A stretch of 64,000 bases of DNA from an uncultured Planctomycetaceae bacterium (GCA_963976765.1 CAXBME010000003.1:62001-126000); one strand, 5' to 3'; positions 48,721 through 59,638 are shown, counted from the first letter of the stretch. Notes: generated by a model not told the origin, from the sequence alone. Numbers and translations are program-made.

Positions 48721-49755
48721 TTACTCAGCTACTGGCAGTGTTTCGAGCAGGCCGATTGCTGCCCAGGTGGTTCCCCAGTAGACGGCCGTTTCTTCGATAC
48801 TGGCCTTCTTCTTTTCTTTCGTTCCTTTGACTGCCCACGAACCATCGTCTCGTTGAGTTTCAACAAGGAACTTAATCGCCGATCGAACGGCTGCGTCGGT
48901 CGACGTTGAGGCTGCGGTCGACTTTTCGAGAGCGTAGAGCGCCATGCCCGTTGCCAGCGCATCCCCAGGATCGGACTTCAACCAACCCCAGCTGCCGTCG
49001 GATTTCTGAAGAGCCAGCAGTTCTTTGGTCGTCGCGTCGACCGCAGATTCGTCGTCCGTTGCCACCGCAAGCAACAGCCGAACAACGTACCACTCCGTGC
49101 TCGCCGCTTCTTTGCGTGCACTGAAACTCTTCGTTGCAGCATCGATCGTCGACAACAGTTTTTCTTTGCGGGCCGAATCGTTCTCCGACGCCAGTTCACG
49201 GGTCAGAGCCAGCGAGTGCCAGACAGCCGACACATCAGTCGTCTCGTCGAGCTTGCGTTTCTGGCCGGGTAGTTGCCCGGCTGGCTTCCACGATCCATCC
49301 GCACGTTGTTCTGCCAGAATCAAGTCGACATACCTGCGCCACACTTCAGCCCGATGTTCGACTGACGGGTACTCGTCCCGCGAGATCAGTTGCTGAGAAA
49401 GACCGTCTGCATTTTTTGTCGCAGCGGGCTTGTCACCTTCAGGCTTCGGAATCCCCTGCTCGATCGACCAGTCGATCCATTCGTTGACTCTGGCGAGATC
49501 AACGTCAAACCCTCGTCTGGCGGCAGCCGACAGACTCCAGGTCATGAAGCTGACGCGGTGGCAGGAGACGCACTTTTTTTTCTCGATCCAGTAAAGCCCC
49601 TGTCTTTCGATATAGGGGAGGCTCTTCAGGACCGTCTGCCGCACAGCGGTTTCCGAGGTTGGCTCTTCAGATGCAAACAGCCTGGAGGACAGCGGCAGAG
49701 TCAGCACCCCAAAAACACCGGCGACAAGCAGCGCAGAAACCGAGCGAATTGTCAT
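48721..49755 (-). CDS. Prenyltransferase/squalene-cyclase-repeat protein with CxxCH motif
   Basis: Signal peptide, CVSCH, QW-type repeats QRADGSW, QKSDGSW, QRDDGSW. Confidence 0.8.
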   Translation of the reverse strand: MTIRSVSALLVAGVFGVLTLPLSSRLFASEEPTSETAVRQTVLKSLPYIERQGLYWIEKKKCVSCHRVSFMTWSLSAAARRGFDVDLARVNEWIDWSIEQGIPKPEGDKPAATKNADGLSQQLISRDEYPSVEHRAEVWRRYVDLILAEQRADGSWKPAGQLPGQKRKLDETTDVSAVWHSLALTRELASENDSARKEKLLSTIDAATKSFSARKEAASTEWYVVRLLLAVATDDESAVDATTKELLALQKSDGSWGWLKSDPGDALATGMALYALEKSTAASTSTDAAVRSAIKFLVETQRDDGSWAVKGTKEKKKASIEETAVYWGTTWAAIGLLETLPVAE

Positions 49756-49954
49756 GATTGCCCCTCGCCTGAAAATCACTCACCCGCGGCGACGACGAAA
49801 GCGGCGACCGCCACAAAGCACGGCAGGCAGGATACCGTGCCGATTCACGATTACGCCATGCTCAGACGTCTGGGCACTCGATACCTGCGAGATTGCTGGT
49901 CTCCCACGGTTCGAGCGAATCGCCTGACAGTGTCTAAGTCTGAAGCGTGACGAC

Positions 49955-51115
49955 TTATGCAGATGGAGCGTTCTCCAGAAGCCAGTCTTCCAGAATGACG
50001 TTTTCGATCAACGGAGTTCGCAGCAGGGACGCGTTCTTCGACAAGTACTTCGCCAGCCACGGTCGACTCTGGACAATGCTGGAGACGGCTCGCAGGCTGA
50101 AACCCGAGATCGATCGAGCGTTGAGCTGCGATTCGATATTCATACTCAACCGGCCGAGTGTGGCTGGAATGATGTTCGGATCGGGCCCGACGTGAATCAG
50201 CGTGTGGATGTCGGTGGCCAGGACGCGTTCGATAACGCTCCAGAGTTTCTGCGGATGATCCACCCAGTCGTAAAGGATGGCGCGGCTGTTGTAGTCGTTG
50301 TACGACTCCGTGCCGGTAATGCACGAGATGATCGGAATCGTCGGGGCTTTCATCCCGCCCGGAACTGTTTCCAGCATCACGCTGGCTCGGTCAGGAACGT
50401 TGCGTTGCCGAACAATGGCCGTGTGAATTGGTGGCCACTTATCGGGATTCTTCTTGAAGTGCACCTGTCGATTGAAACGTTTCTTCATCGCTTCACGGAA
50501 GAGATCGATAGCCCCCCCCTGCCCCAGAATCAGAACGGTGTTCGGGGCGATGAAACTGGAGATGCAGACCGTTCCCTGGTTTCGAGCGGTAGTTTCAACG
50601 CAGAGTTTTTCGATGGCTGGCAGATCAAGTTCCGGGCCGCGAGAAAACACAATTCCCATCTGAATATTCTGAGCAAGTTCGACGCAGTCTCCCGCGAGTT
50701 TAAGAATCGGCGTCAGCAGCGCTTCGGCTTCGTAGACTTCGGCGGCGATCAGTGCGCTGATCTCGCCAAGACTGTAACCAAGTGCTCGTGATGCCTGAGT
50801 AAACTCTATCCCGAAGAACTCGTTGAGAATTTCAAGCTGAGCAGCCTCAGCGGCGGTGATCAGGCTGATCGCCTCGGAGTAGGTTTCCAGACAGGTTTCT
50901 TCACGCAGTCGAACCCGCTTGACCAGATCGATCCGCTGCAGAGTTGCTGCCGTGTAAATCTCGGATGCTTCTTTGAGATGCTTCTCGACGATCGGTCCGT
51001 AAGCCGGATGTTCGAGCAGTTCCGGAGTGCGACCGAGGTTTGTGACGTTGTAGCCTCGGAAGGCAAACGCCGCCTCACTCATCTTGTCGCTGAGTTCTGA
51101 CTCGGTCACTCGCAC
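49955..51115 (-). CDS. FabD-like acyltransferase with divergent motifs
   Basis: AFAFRGYN, GYSLGE, PPIHT, IHVGP correspond to FabD FPGQG, GHSLGE, AFHS, IEVGP. Confidence 0.75.
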   Translation of the reverse strand: MRVTESELSDKMSEAAFAFRGYNVTNLGRTPELLEHPAYGPIVEKHLKEASEIYTAATLQRIDLVKRVRLREETCLETYSEAISLITAAEAAQLEILNEFFGIEFTQASRALGYSLGEISALIAAEVYEAEALLTPILKLAGDCVELAQNIQMGIVFSRGPELDLPAIEKLCVETTARNQGTVCISSFIAPNTVLILGQGGAIDLFREAMKKRFNRQVHFKKNPDKWPPIHTAIVRQRNVPDRASVMLETVPGGMKAPTIPIISCITGTESYNDYNSRAILYDWVDHPQKLWSVIERVLATDIHTLIHVGPDPNIIPATLGRLSMNIESQLNARSISGFSLRAVSSIVQSRPWLAKYLSKNASLLRTPLIENVILEDWLLENAPSA

Positions 51116-51263
51116 GCCTCCATGCGTCGTTCGTGATGGCAGCTGAATCGCCCGCAGACGGAATCGTACCAGCGAAACGGAATCGGATGAACGCGTGTTT
51201 TGAACAGAAATCGCAGGGGCCAGGATGAGAATGAGCGAACGTCGAGCCTGAATCGTCGGAGTT

Positions 51264-53570
51264 TTACGTCAGCAGCAACATACCGAGCTGGTAGGTGACC
51301 AACGCTCCGATGTAGGCCAGAGTGGTCATGTATGCAAACGTGAAAATCGGCCAGCGCCAGGAATTCGTTTCGCGGCGAATCACCATCAGCGTCGCGGCGC
51401 ACTGAGCACACAACGCAAAGAACACCATAATCGAACAGGCAACCGCCACGTTGAAGATCGGCGTTCCATCCGGGTACTTCGCCTCACTGAGCTGCTGAGC
51501 AAGACTGTCGTCATCCTCTCCGACGTCTCCGCCAAGGCTGTAGATCGTCCCCATCGTCGCAATGATGACTTCTCGGGCGGGAAACGAAGCGATGACTCCG
51601 ACTCCGATTTTCCAGTCCCAGCCAAGCGGTCGGACAGCCGGTTCGATGGCATGCCCCATTCGCCCGAGAAAGCTGCCTTCGATCAGGTGAGCACTGAGTT
51701 CATTATTCTGCTCACGCAATGCTTCCAGCTCAACGGCAGCCTGGTCAGACTTTTCCTGCTCATTCAGTATGTCGAACTGAGCAATGCGGAATTCCGTATT
51801 CTCAATCTGCGCCTGAAGCTGATGATGTTCGGCGTGGTCAGCCGGAAAGTATCCTGCAGCCCAGACAAGAATCGTTGTCGCGAAAATGAGCGTTCCTGCC
51901 CGAACGACAAACGCTTTCGACCGGTCGTAGACGCGGGCCATGACGATGCGGAACGACGGCCACTTGTACGACGGCAGCTCCATCACAAATGGAGGTGTCT
52001 CGCCTTTGAAGAATGTCTTGCGGAGTATCCAGGCAACGGGAACCGCGACGACGATTCCAACAAGGTACATGGAAAACAGCACGATCTCGCGCAACGAGAC
52101 CCAGCCGCCCGCATACATCACGGGCGGAATGAACGCCGTCGTCATCAGAATGTAAACCGGGAGCCTGGCCGAACAGCTCATCAGAGGCGCGACGAGAATT
52201 GTCACCATGCGATCACGGCGGTTTTCGATCACGCGAGTGGCCATGACTCCTGGAATCGCACACGCGAACGATGACATCAACGGTACAAAAGACTTACCGC
52301 TGAGCCCCAGCTTTGTCATGAGCCTATCCATCACGAACGCTGCGCGAGCCATGTAGCCGCAGTCTTCCAGAATCGCGATAAAGAAAAACAGCAGCGCAAT
52401 CTGAGGTAGAAAAATCAGGACACCTCCGACGCCAGCCACGACACCGTCAACCAACAGGCTCCGCATAGGGCCGGGAGGAATATTGGACGAAATCAGGTCG
52501 GCAACAACTCCCTGCCCGGCATCAATCTGATCCATCAATGGACCGGACCAGGTGTAGATGGCCTGGAAGACCAGAAACATCACAGCAGCGAAAACGAAAA
52601 GTCCGATGAACCGGTGTGTCAGAACCCGGTCGATACGATCGCTGCGTGTGCTGACGCGTGTTTTCGGGGCCGAAGCGATTCCGTCAAGTGTTTCACGAGC
52701 CCATTTGTAGCGAGCCTTTGCTTCCCCAATCGGAACCCGGCAGCCGGTCTCTTTCAGCCTGGCCCGTGCATCTTTGAGGACCGATATCAGTTGCTCGCCG
52801 TGCTTATCGGTCAGCTGCTTTTCAACGTGGCCGTCGACATCAATCAGAAGCCGCTCGACCAGATAGAAGGGCAGTTTTCTGCTGCCGAGTGCCGAAAGTG
52901 TTTTCTGAAGAAGCGTGCATTCCGTGTAAAATATTTCGGGGAACGGCTTCGGTCGTTCGGGAGCAACGAGCGTGTCAGAATGAATGATTGCCTGACGGAG
53001 CTCATGCACGCCCATTCGGCGATGAGCTTCGCAGACGATGACCTGCACTCCCAATCGTTGACGCAATCCTTCGACGTCGATGCTGACCTGCCGGGCCTGA
53101 GCGACGTCCCACATATTGAGCACCAGGATGGTTGGCAGCCCCAGATCCAGCACCTGACTGAGCAGATAGAAGTTCCGTTCAAGATTCGACGCATCAACGA
53201 TGCAGACGACGGCGTCGATCTCGCCGACGTCCTGCTGCCGCCCCAGCAGAACTTCAACAGACACCATCTCGTCAGGAGTTCTTGGCGAAAGGCTGTACGT
53301 TCCCGGAAGATCGATCAGGTCGATTGTTCGGTTTTCCAGATGAAGTCGCCCGATTTTTTTCTCGACGGTGACTCCAGGAAAGTTGCCCGTGCGGGACTGC
53401 ATTCCGGTCAGCGCGTTAAACAGTGTGCTTTTGCCGGTATTTGGATTGCCGATGACAGCCACTTTGCGAAGTGTGGCGTTGACGGGGGAATCGGTCGCGG
53501 GCATGAGTGGTTGTAAATCCGGGATGGGGCTCGCAATGGAGCGGACGGGAGGATAAGCCTCAGCCTGCAA
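51264..53570 (-). CDS. feoB: Ferrous iron transporter B
   Basis: [60 protein letters not shown]; start may be ATG 53504. Confidence 0.97.
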   Translation of the reverse strand: MQAEAYPPVRSIASPIPDLQPLMPATDSPVNATLRKVAVIGNPNTGKSTLFNALTGMQSRTGNFPGVTVEKKIGRLHLENRTIDLIDLPGTYSLSPRTPDEMVSVEVLLGRQQDVGEIDAVVCIVDASNLERNFYLLSQVLDLGLPTILVLNMWDVAQARQVSIDVEGLRQRLGVQVIVCEAHRRMGVHELRQAIIHSDTLVAPERPKPFPEIFYTECTLLQKTLSALGSRKLPFYLVERLLIDVDGHVEKQLTDKHGEQLISVLKDARARLKETGCRVPIGEAKARYKWARETLDGIASAPKTRVSTRSDRIDRVLTHRFIGLFVFAAVMFLVFQAIYTWSGPLMDQIDAGQGVVADLISSNIPPGPMRSLLVDGVVAGVGGVLIFLPQIALLFFFIAILEDCGYMARAAFVMDRLMTKLGLSGKSFVPLMSSFACAIPGVMATRVIENRRDRMVTILVAPLMSCSARLPVYILMTTAFIPPVMYAGGWVSLREIVLFSMYLVGIVVAVPVAWILRKTFFKGETPPFVMELPSYKWPSFRIVMARVYDRSKAFVVRAGTLIFATTILVWAAGYFPADHAEHHQLQAQIENTEFRIAQFDILNEQEKSDQAAVELEALREQNNELSAHLIEGSFLGRMGHAIEPAVRPLGWDWKIGVGVIASFPAREVIIATMGTIYSLGGDVGEDDDSLAQQLSEAKYPDGTPIFNVAVACSIMVFFALCAQCAATLMVIRRETNSWRWPIFTFAYMTTLAYIGALVTYQLGMLLLT

Positions 53571-53575
53571 ATCAG

Positions 53576-53594
53576 AATGAGACTCAGTCTCGAT
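53576..53594. promoter_or_regulatory. Putative Fur-family-like operator
   Basis: AATGAGACT-C-AGTCTCGAT palindrome (perfect GAGACT-N-AGTCTC core) between feoA and feoB. Confidence 0.5.
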
Positions 53595-53666
53595 TAAATT
53601 GCAGGCGAAGAGTGCGTACGTGTCGTGCAGGGTTCTCAGACGGAGAAATTGGGAGCACCATTACGT

Positions 53667-53897
53667 TCAGGCAATCAGCTCAACGACAACCCGCCGTGCT
53701 TCGGTCGCCCGTAAAGAAAGTCGATAACCGCGAATCAGAAACTCAATCGGGTCACCGAGCGGAGCACAGCCCAGATGCTCGACTTCCTCGCCATCAGTCA
53801 GCCCCATTTCCATCAATCGAATGGCGATTGCGTCTTCGCCACTGACATCGAGTATGCGTGCTTTCTGACCCTCATTCAATAAGTCGAGCGTTGTCAC
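53667..53897 (-). CDS. feoA: Ferrous iron transport protein A
   Basis: RLMEMGL..G, APLGDPI, LSLRATEA. Confidence 0.95.
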   Translation of the reverse strand: MTTLDLLNEGQKARILDVSGEDAIAIRLMEMGLTDGEEVEHLGCAPLGDPIEFLIRGYRLSLRATEARRVVVELIA

Positions 53898-53971
53898 AAG
53901 CAGATTCCGTAATTCGCGCGGACGATTTGTTAGTTGACCAGCGGACCAAACCTGAAAATCACGACAATGCT

Positions 53972-54721
53972 CTACGAACTGCTGCGTCGTCGAGTCGATT
54001 TCGTGTCGTCTTCCTTGAAGAACTCTTCAGATTTCAGAGGCTCCTCAAGAAGAACCCTCAAAGCGGTCACCTGAATCCGACCGCCGTTGAGAAGCTGAGC
54101 GATGAACTCGACTTTGTCACCTTCTTCGACGAGTTCTGTCTCGGTCATCGAGACGGTAACCGAGGCCCCCTTGTCGATGTAAACCGGCGCACGTTTCAGT
54201 TGAGCAATGTTGGTGATTACCGTTTCATAGTCCGGATAATCAGTATCCTGCTGCCGGGACATGATCGTGCCGGCAAAGTCGTAACTGTTCCGACTCTGGC
54301 CGATGGCTTTCGCCGATTCCTTAACAAACGGTCTGATCTTTTTCGCCGCCAGACCAACGTGGACGGTCCAGCCCTTAACGAACAGTGATTTGTTCGTCAG
54401 TGTGCCTTTTCCGGAAACAACCTGCTTCTCAGCAAGAAATCCGAGATCACCTTTCGCTTCGACGGCAAACTGGATTCGCGGCGTGATGGGAACGGGGATT
54501 GGATCGCCGCCCGCTTCACTCTGAATCATGAGTGACGTCGCCCGCCCTTTACGAACAATTTCGGCGATGGTCCCCTTGGTAACCGTTGGTTCCGGAGGCT
54601 GAGTCTGCTGCTGGTTTAACTGAGCCGACGCGTCACGGACGACACCGACCATCAGCGTCCCAAACAATAACGAAAGAGCGATTGGCTTAACGGTGGCCAT
54701 CATTCGGCTGGTTAAAGTCAT
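53972..54721 (-). CDS. Secreted hypothetical protein
   Basis: ATG 54721 after AAGGAG; signal peptide ending ASA-Q. Confidence 0.7.
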   Translation of the reverse strand: MTLTSRMMATVKPIALSLLFGTLMVGVVRDASAQLNQQQTQPPEPTVTKGTIAEIVRKGRATSLMIQSEAGGDPIPVPITPRIQFAVEAKGDLGFLAEKQVVSGKGTLTNKSLFVKGWTVHVGLAAKKIRPFVKESAKAIGQSRNSYDFAGTIMSRQQDTDYPDYETVITNIAQLKRAPVYIDKGASVTVSMTETELVEEGDKVEFIAQLLNGGRIQVTALRVLLEEPLKSEEFFKEDDTKSTRRRSSS

Positions 54722-55050
54722 GATGAACTCCTTAGAGATCGCCGCTTCCATTTCATCGGAACGGCTTTGAGTTAGCGGATGCGGGCCGGAGCGGCTACTT
54801 CGTTCGCTGAGTGTCCGTCGCAACTCGCGGCGACGGAAGAATCGTTCAGGATACCTGGTTTGCCCCCGTCGGTTCCAGCCTCGCGAGTTGATTCGACCAT
54901 AACGACCGCTGTTCACTCGACAACCCGGCATCCCATAGTCATTTTAGAGCAGCGTCTGGTCGAGTCGGTTCTCGACGTCGTTGAAGGCTGGCCAGTCAGT
55001 ATCGGGATCGCACGATACGGCACTCGTGCAGGAATTGAATTCACATACCG

Positions 55051-57072
55051 ATGCCTCTTCGCCCGCTAATATCTTCTCGCCGATTTGTTGCTTTCCGAAA
55101 GGAATGCCGTGCCGAGTCTCCACTGACTGTCTCAATCGATAATTCGCCACGTCGCAGGTCCGGCTGCCTGCTTTGCCTCTGCCTGCTTTTCCTGACGGGG
55201 CTTCTGCCTGTCGACGTTCGCGCTGCTGGCAAAATAGAGATTGAATACGCCGACTGGGGTTTCGACGGACGTGCAGTGCCTCGAACTTTCAACCTGTTGA
55301 CGCTCGGCGTTCAGAACCTGACGGACGAGCCGTTCGAAGGAACCTTGCGGTGCCGCCGCCTGCTGTCGGCCGCTGGTGGCTGGTCGGGCGCGGAAATTCT
55401 GCAGGACGTTTACCTGGGACCGAACGCTGTCCGCATCGTGCAGTTTTATCCTTACATGCTGGACGAGGGCGAAGTCTGGGAAGTCCGCTGGGGTGACGGG
55501 CTGGAAGATGCGTTTGTCACCGAGCGGCCTCAATTGACCAGCGGGTCGAGAATTATCCTGAACGACCCGATCGCCAATAGCGGTATCCAGCAAGGCTTGA
55601 AGGGTTTTCTCGAGAACTGGTTCCCGGTCACAGTCGTCGCCACCGATGCGCTGCGTCTCGTCGTGATGGACCACGCTCCTCGCTGGGAAACAACCAGGCG
55701 AGACGTCTTTCGCGACTGGCTCTTCCGCGGAGGAATCCTGCACATCCTCAAAGAACCGTCAGGAAAATACCCGGACGTTCCGATTCCGGAATTGAACCTC
55801 GAACCTCGCCCGACGCGTTTAGGCGCGGGACGGATTTACTGGCATGATCTGACTCGGGAAGCACTCAGCAGGAGCTACGTCTACGAAAAAATGTATGCGA
55901 CCAGTCAGGATCTGGTCGCGGTGGTTGACAGAGACGGTTCGACGTTCGACATCGACCCGACATCCACCGAATTCATCCGGCGCGATGAGGAATTCTTCGA
56001 AGCGTACGCCGAATGGGACAGCGACCGACTGATCCCGACGCGGCTCAAAGAATTTATTCGCCCCAACCACGAATGGCCGCTGATTTATCTGCTGTCGGGT
56101 GTGTATCTGCTGACGTTGTTTCCGGGGGGCTATCTGCTGGTTCGATCGAAAATCGATTACCGCTACAGTCTGGCGGCACTGGTGGTCGTCGTGGCTGGCT
56201 TCAGCTGGCTGTTTTCAGCCATGGGGGCACGAGGTTACGGCGAGTCGACATCGACGACGTCCGTCGCTACGGCTCGGCAGCTACCCGATGGACGCTGGGA
56301 TGTTGAACAGTGGCACAGTCTCTTTGTGACATCGGGCGGTGACTACTCGATTCGACTTGCTGGCCACTTTCCGATCTATTCAACCGTCGAGAATCGCGAA
56401 CGGGTTTCAGGTTCCGTCATCAACGGGCGAGACGGTCGCTTTGCCATCGACATGCCACCATTCACCTATCGAACATTCGCGACCAGGACCGAAGCGCCGC
56501 TGGGAAAGTTCGCAGCGACAGTCATCGGTGCAAAGGTTGAAAACCAGACATCTGCAGTGCCCGGAGAAGACGCCACAACGGATGCCCCTGTCGAAGAATC
56601 TCCGAAGAATCTGTTGTCGCTGGATGTTCAATTTGACGGAGTGCCCGCCAGCCAGGTGCGTCATGCGGTGATTCTGTTTGGCGACTCGTTTTATCCGGTG
56701 AATCTCGACGTGTTGCGATCCGGAACTGGAAACATCCTCGACGGCCCCGGTGTCCCGATGTTCGAGCGGATCAATCTCTCGCGACAGTTTCAAAGATTTG
56801 ATCGCAGCCGCATGTCGACGCCCGACGACACGCTCGATCAGTTCCAGTGGTGGCTGATCGCTCGCGATCTGCAGTTGCGTCGCCGCGCCGATGTTGGAGA
56901 TTTTCAGCTGCCTGCCGGCCAGGCACGCCTTTACATTCACGCAGCCCTGCCCCGCGAACTGGTGTGTCAGAATGCGGTCGATCCTGAAGCCCCGTTTGGA
57001 AATCACAATGGCCGGATCGTCTACCGTATTGACCTCACGATCCCGCAGGACAAAACGTCAGCCGAACAATAA
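55051..57072 (+). CDS. Membrane protein associated with the ABC transporter
   Basis: 673 aa, signal/TM, two central TMs; co-oriented with the ABC genes; start uncertain. Confidence 0.7.
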   Translation: MPLRPLISSRRFVAFRKECRAESPLTVSIDNSPRRRSGCLLCLCLLFLTGLLPVDVRAAGKIEIEYADWGFDGRAVPRTFNLLTLGVQNLTDEPFEGTLRCRRLLSAAGGWSGAEILQDVYLGPNAVRIVQFYPYMLDEGEVWEVRWGDGLEDAFVTERPQLTSGSRIILNDPIANSGIQQGLKGFLENWFPVTVVATDALRLVVMDHAPRWETTRRDVFRDWLFRGGILHILKEPSGKYPDVPIPELNLEPRPTRLGAGRIYWHDLTREALSRSYVYEKMYATSQDLVAVVDRDGSTFDIDPTSTEFIRRDEEFFEAYAEWDSDRLIPTRLKEFIRPNHEWPLIYLLSGVYLLTLFPGGYLLVRSKIDYRYSLAALVVVVAGFSWLFSAMGARGYGESTSTTSVATARQLPDGRWDVEQWHSLFVTSGGDYSIRLAGHFPIYSTVENRERVSGSVINGRDGRFAIDMPPFTYRTFATRTEAPLGKFAATVIGAKVENQTSAVPGEDATTDAPVEESPKNLLSLDVQFDGVPASQVRHAVILFGDSFYPVNLDVLRSGTGNILDGPGVPMFERINLSRQFQRFDRSRMSTPDDTLDQFQWWLIARDLQLRRRADVGDFQLPAGQARLYIHAALPRELVCQNAVDPEAPFGNHNGRIVYRIDLTIPQDKTSAEQ

Positions 57073-57134
57073 CCCGTTCGCAGGGTGCGTCCTGACGCGC
57101 CGCAGAGTCACCCCCGAAATCCATTGAAGCAATC

Positions 57135-58106
57135 ATGACCTCACCCGAGCCGCAACCCGCATCCAATGAGCCCGCCGTTGTGCTGCGCGGAGTTCAGCAT
57201 TCGTTCCGCAAATTCAAAGCGCTGGTCGATATCAGCTTTGATGTGCCGTCGCAGTCGCTGCACGGATTTGTTGGTCCAAATGGTGCGGGCAAGACGACGG
57301 TTCTCAAGCTGATCTGCACGCTGCTCAGACCGCAAAACGGCAGTGTGAAAGTCTTTGGCCGGGACGTCGCCACCGACTACCTGGAGGTGCGTCGTCGGCT
57401 GGGATTCATGCCCGACCACTTCAGTATGTATCGACAGATGACGGTCTACGAGTATCTCGACTTCTTCGCGGCCGCGTATGGTCTGCCGCTGGCGACTCGA
57501 ACAAAAGTGCTCGACGACGTTCTTGAATTAACCGACATGGGCGGTCGGCGGACTGACCTGATCAATGGGCTTTCACGCGGGATGCAGCAGCGTGTCGGAC
57601 TGGCGAGAGTGCTGGTCAACGATCCGGATATCCTTCTGCTCGACGAGCCGGCCTCGGGACTTGACCCTCGAGCCCGCATCGAGCTGATGGACGTTCTGCG
57701 AGCACTCCGCAGCATGGGCAAAACAATTATCATCAGCTCGCACATTCTCAGCGAACTGGCCGAACTGTGCGACAGCGTCACCATCATCGATCGCGGCACA
57801 ATCCGGTACTGCGGCACGATGCAGGGTCTGCTCGACCATCAAGCGGACTATCCGACCTACCGACTGACTCCGGCAGAACCGCTCAACGGGCTGCGGAATA
57901 AACTCGGCGAGGCCGCCGGCATCGTCAGCGTAGAGGAGGTCGAAGGTTCGTCCGACGTCCGCGTGGCGTTTGACCCGGAGCAGCTTGATTCAAACGGTGT
58001 GCTGCGAGCGGCGATGGACGCCGGCATTACGGTGACAGGTTTTGCGAAGGCACAGCGGCACCTCAACCAGGCCTTCATGGACCTGACGGAAAAGGGAGTC
58101 CGCTGA
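57135..58106 (+). CDS. ABC transporter ATP-binding protein
   Basis: GPNGAGKTT, LSRGMQQR, LLLDEPASGLDP, SSHIL. Confidence 0.95.
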   Translation: MTSPEPQPASNEPAVVLRGVQHSFRKFKALVDISFDVPSQSLHGFVGPNGAGKTTVLKLICTLLRPQNGSVKVFGRDVATDYLEVRRRLGFMPDHFSMYRQMTVYEYLDFFAAAYGLPLATRTKVLDDVLELTDMGGRRTDLINGLSRGMQQRVGLARVLVNDPDILLLDEPASGLDPRARIELMDVLRALRSMGKTIIISSHILSELAELCDSVTIIDRGTIRYCGTMQGLLDHQADYPTYRLTPAEPLNGLRNKLGEAAGIVSVEEVEGSSDVRVAFDPEQLDSNGVLRAAMDAGITVTGFAKAQRHLNQAFMDLTEKGVR

Positions 58107-59638
58107 TGGCTGCCCGCGGCACCTTTGCACTCGTCGAACGAGCAATGCGCGTCGATACTCGACTCGCACGAACTCACCTGATCAGGTTGGGTTTTGCGTT
58201 GCTGATTCTTCTGTTCGTCGTGCAGGTCCAGCTCGGCATCGCCAATTACAGCGCGCCCGGCCGCGACGTTTTCCGATCCATGTGCTGGGTCAACTTTTTT
58301 CTGCTGAATCTGGCAGGCGTCAGTTTCTTCTCAACGGTCATCACTGAGGAGAAAGAAGAACTGACGCTTGGGCTTCTTCGCATGGCCGGGATCAGCCCGG
58401 TCGGCATCCTTCTGGGAAAAGTGACACCACGTCTGCTGGGTGTGATCCTGCTGCTTTCCGTTCAGCTTCCGTTCACAATTCTGGCGATCACGCTGGGCGG
58501 CGTTTCGATCGACCAGATTTTTGCGGCCTATGTCGCGCTGCTGGCCTTCGCCGTTCTGATGGCGGGACTGGGAGCGTTCCTGTCGACAGTCTGTGCGCGC
58601 TCCAGTCTGGCGGCATCGCTGACAACGGCAACACTCGCGACGGTTTTCATTACCCCCTATTTGCTGCGCGATACCGGCCGCGAGATGTTCCGCGCCAAAG
58701 ACATCAGCGTCACAACGCGCGAGACACTCTACGAAGCCGCTGAAACCGTCGAACAAACAACGCCGCTCGGATCACTCGACGTCATTCTGACCACCGGTTT
58801 CAACGGCAGTCCGTTGAGCTTTCAGGTGATCGTTGACCTGTCATGCGGAGCGGCACTGTTTCTCATGGCATGGGCATTGTTCGACGTTTTTACTCGCAAC
58901 GAAGCAGTCAGCACGCCCGCACGCGGGATGATGGCTCTGTTTTCAAAGCGAGTCGCTTCTCAAAGCCGCGTCTGGAATCACGCCATCGTCTGGAAAGATT
59001 TCAACTTTCTGACCGGCGGCGTAACGGCAATCGTCATCAAGCTGCTCGCCTACTCCATCCTGATGGGGGCAATGAGCATGATGATTTCGAAGCGGGTCCG
59101 GACCGACGTAACAGACAACGTCGGTGCAACACTGATGGCATCAATGCTGACCGCTCTAATCGTCGAAATACCGATCTACCTCTCACGACTGTTTCGCGAA
59201 GAACTTCGCTGGCAGACATGGTCCTGCCTGACGCTGCTTCCTAAATCAATGACTCGAGTCGCGCTGGGAAAACTCGCGGGCGTCGCTCCGGCATTCCTGC
59301 CGGCGATCATCGTCTTCACGGTCGGAGCCTTCATCGCGCCGAGATTCTTCGAGAACTACCTGTTCAAGAGGATCTTCATTCGGGAAGACGGCTGGTACTG
59401 GGTGCTGCAATACATCCTGGCGGTTCACGTGATCGTCATGCTGTCGCTGATCGTCAAATGGGGAGCCGTACCGTTTGGTATTTCGGTCGTGGTCGTTCCC
59501 AACGTTATCTTCATGGCGACAGCCGGACGAAACGCACCAGACACAATCCTGGTGTCCATCGGTGTCTGCACCTTCCTGATCACTCTCTTTTTTCAATGGT
59601 TGATCATCCGGCAGCTCAAGACTCTGGCGGCAACCTGA
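58106..59638 (+). CDS. ABC-2 type transporter permease
   Basis: Multi-TM; ITEEKEELTLGLL...ILLGK motif, repeated in the C-half; 1-nt overlap with the ATPase. Confidence 0.85.
   Translation: MAARGTFALVERAMRVDTRLARTHLIRLGFALLILLFVVQVQLGIANYSAPGRDVFRSMCWVNFFLLNLAGVSFFSTVITEEKEELTLGLLRMAGISPVGILLGKVTPRLLGVILLLSVQLPFTILAITLGGVSIDQIFAAYVALLAFAVLMAGLGAFLSTVCARSSLAASLTTATLATVFITPYLLRDTGREMFRAKDISVTTRETLYEAAETVEQTTPLGSLDVILTTGFNGSPLSFQVIVDLSCGAALFLMAWALFDVFTRNEAVSTPARGMMALFSKRVASQSRVWNHAIVWKDFNFLTGGVTAIVIKLLAYSILMGAMSMMISKRVRTDVTDNVGATLMASMLTALIVEIPIYLSRLFREELRWQTWSCLTLLPKSMTRVALGKLAGVAPAFLPAIIVFTVGAFIAPRFFENYLFKRIFIREDGWYWVLQYILAVHVIVMLSLIVKWGAVPFGISVVVVPNVIFMATAGRNAPDTILVSIGVCTFLITLFFQWLIIRQLKTLAAT

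Noticed and set aside
48721..49755. True squalene-hopene cyclase
   Set aside because: Too short, has a signal peptide and lacks the DXDD catalytic motif; only QW-type repeats are present.
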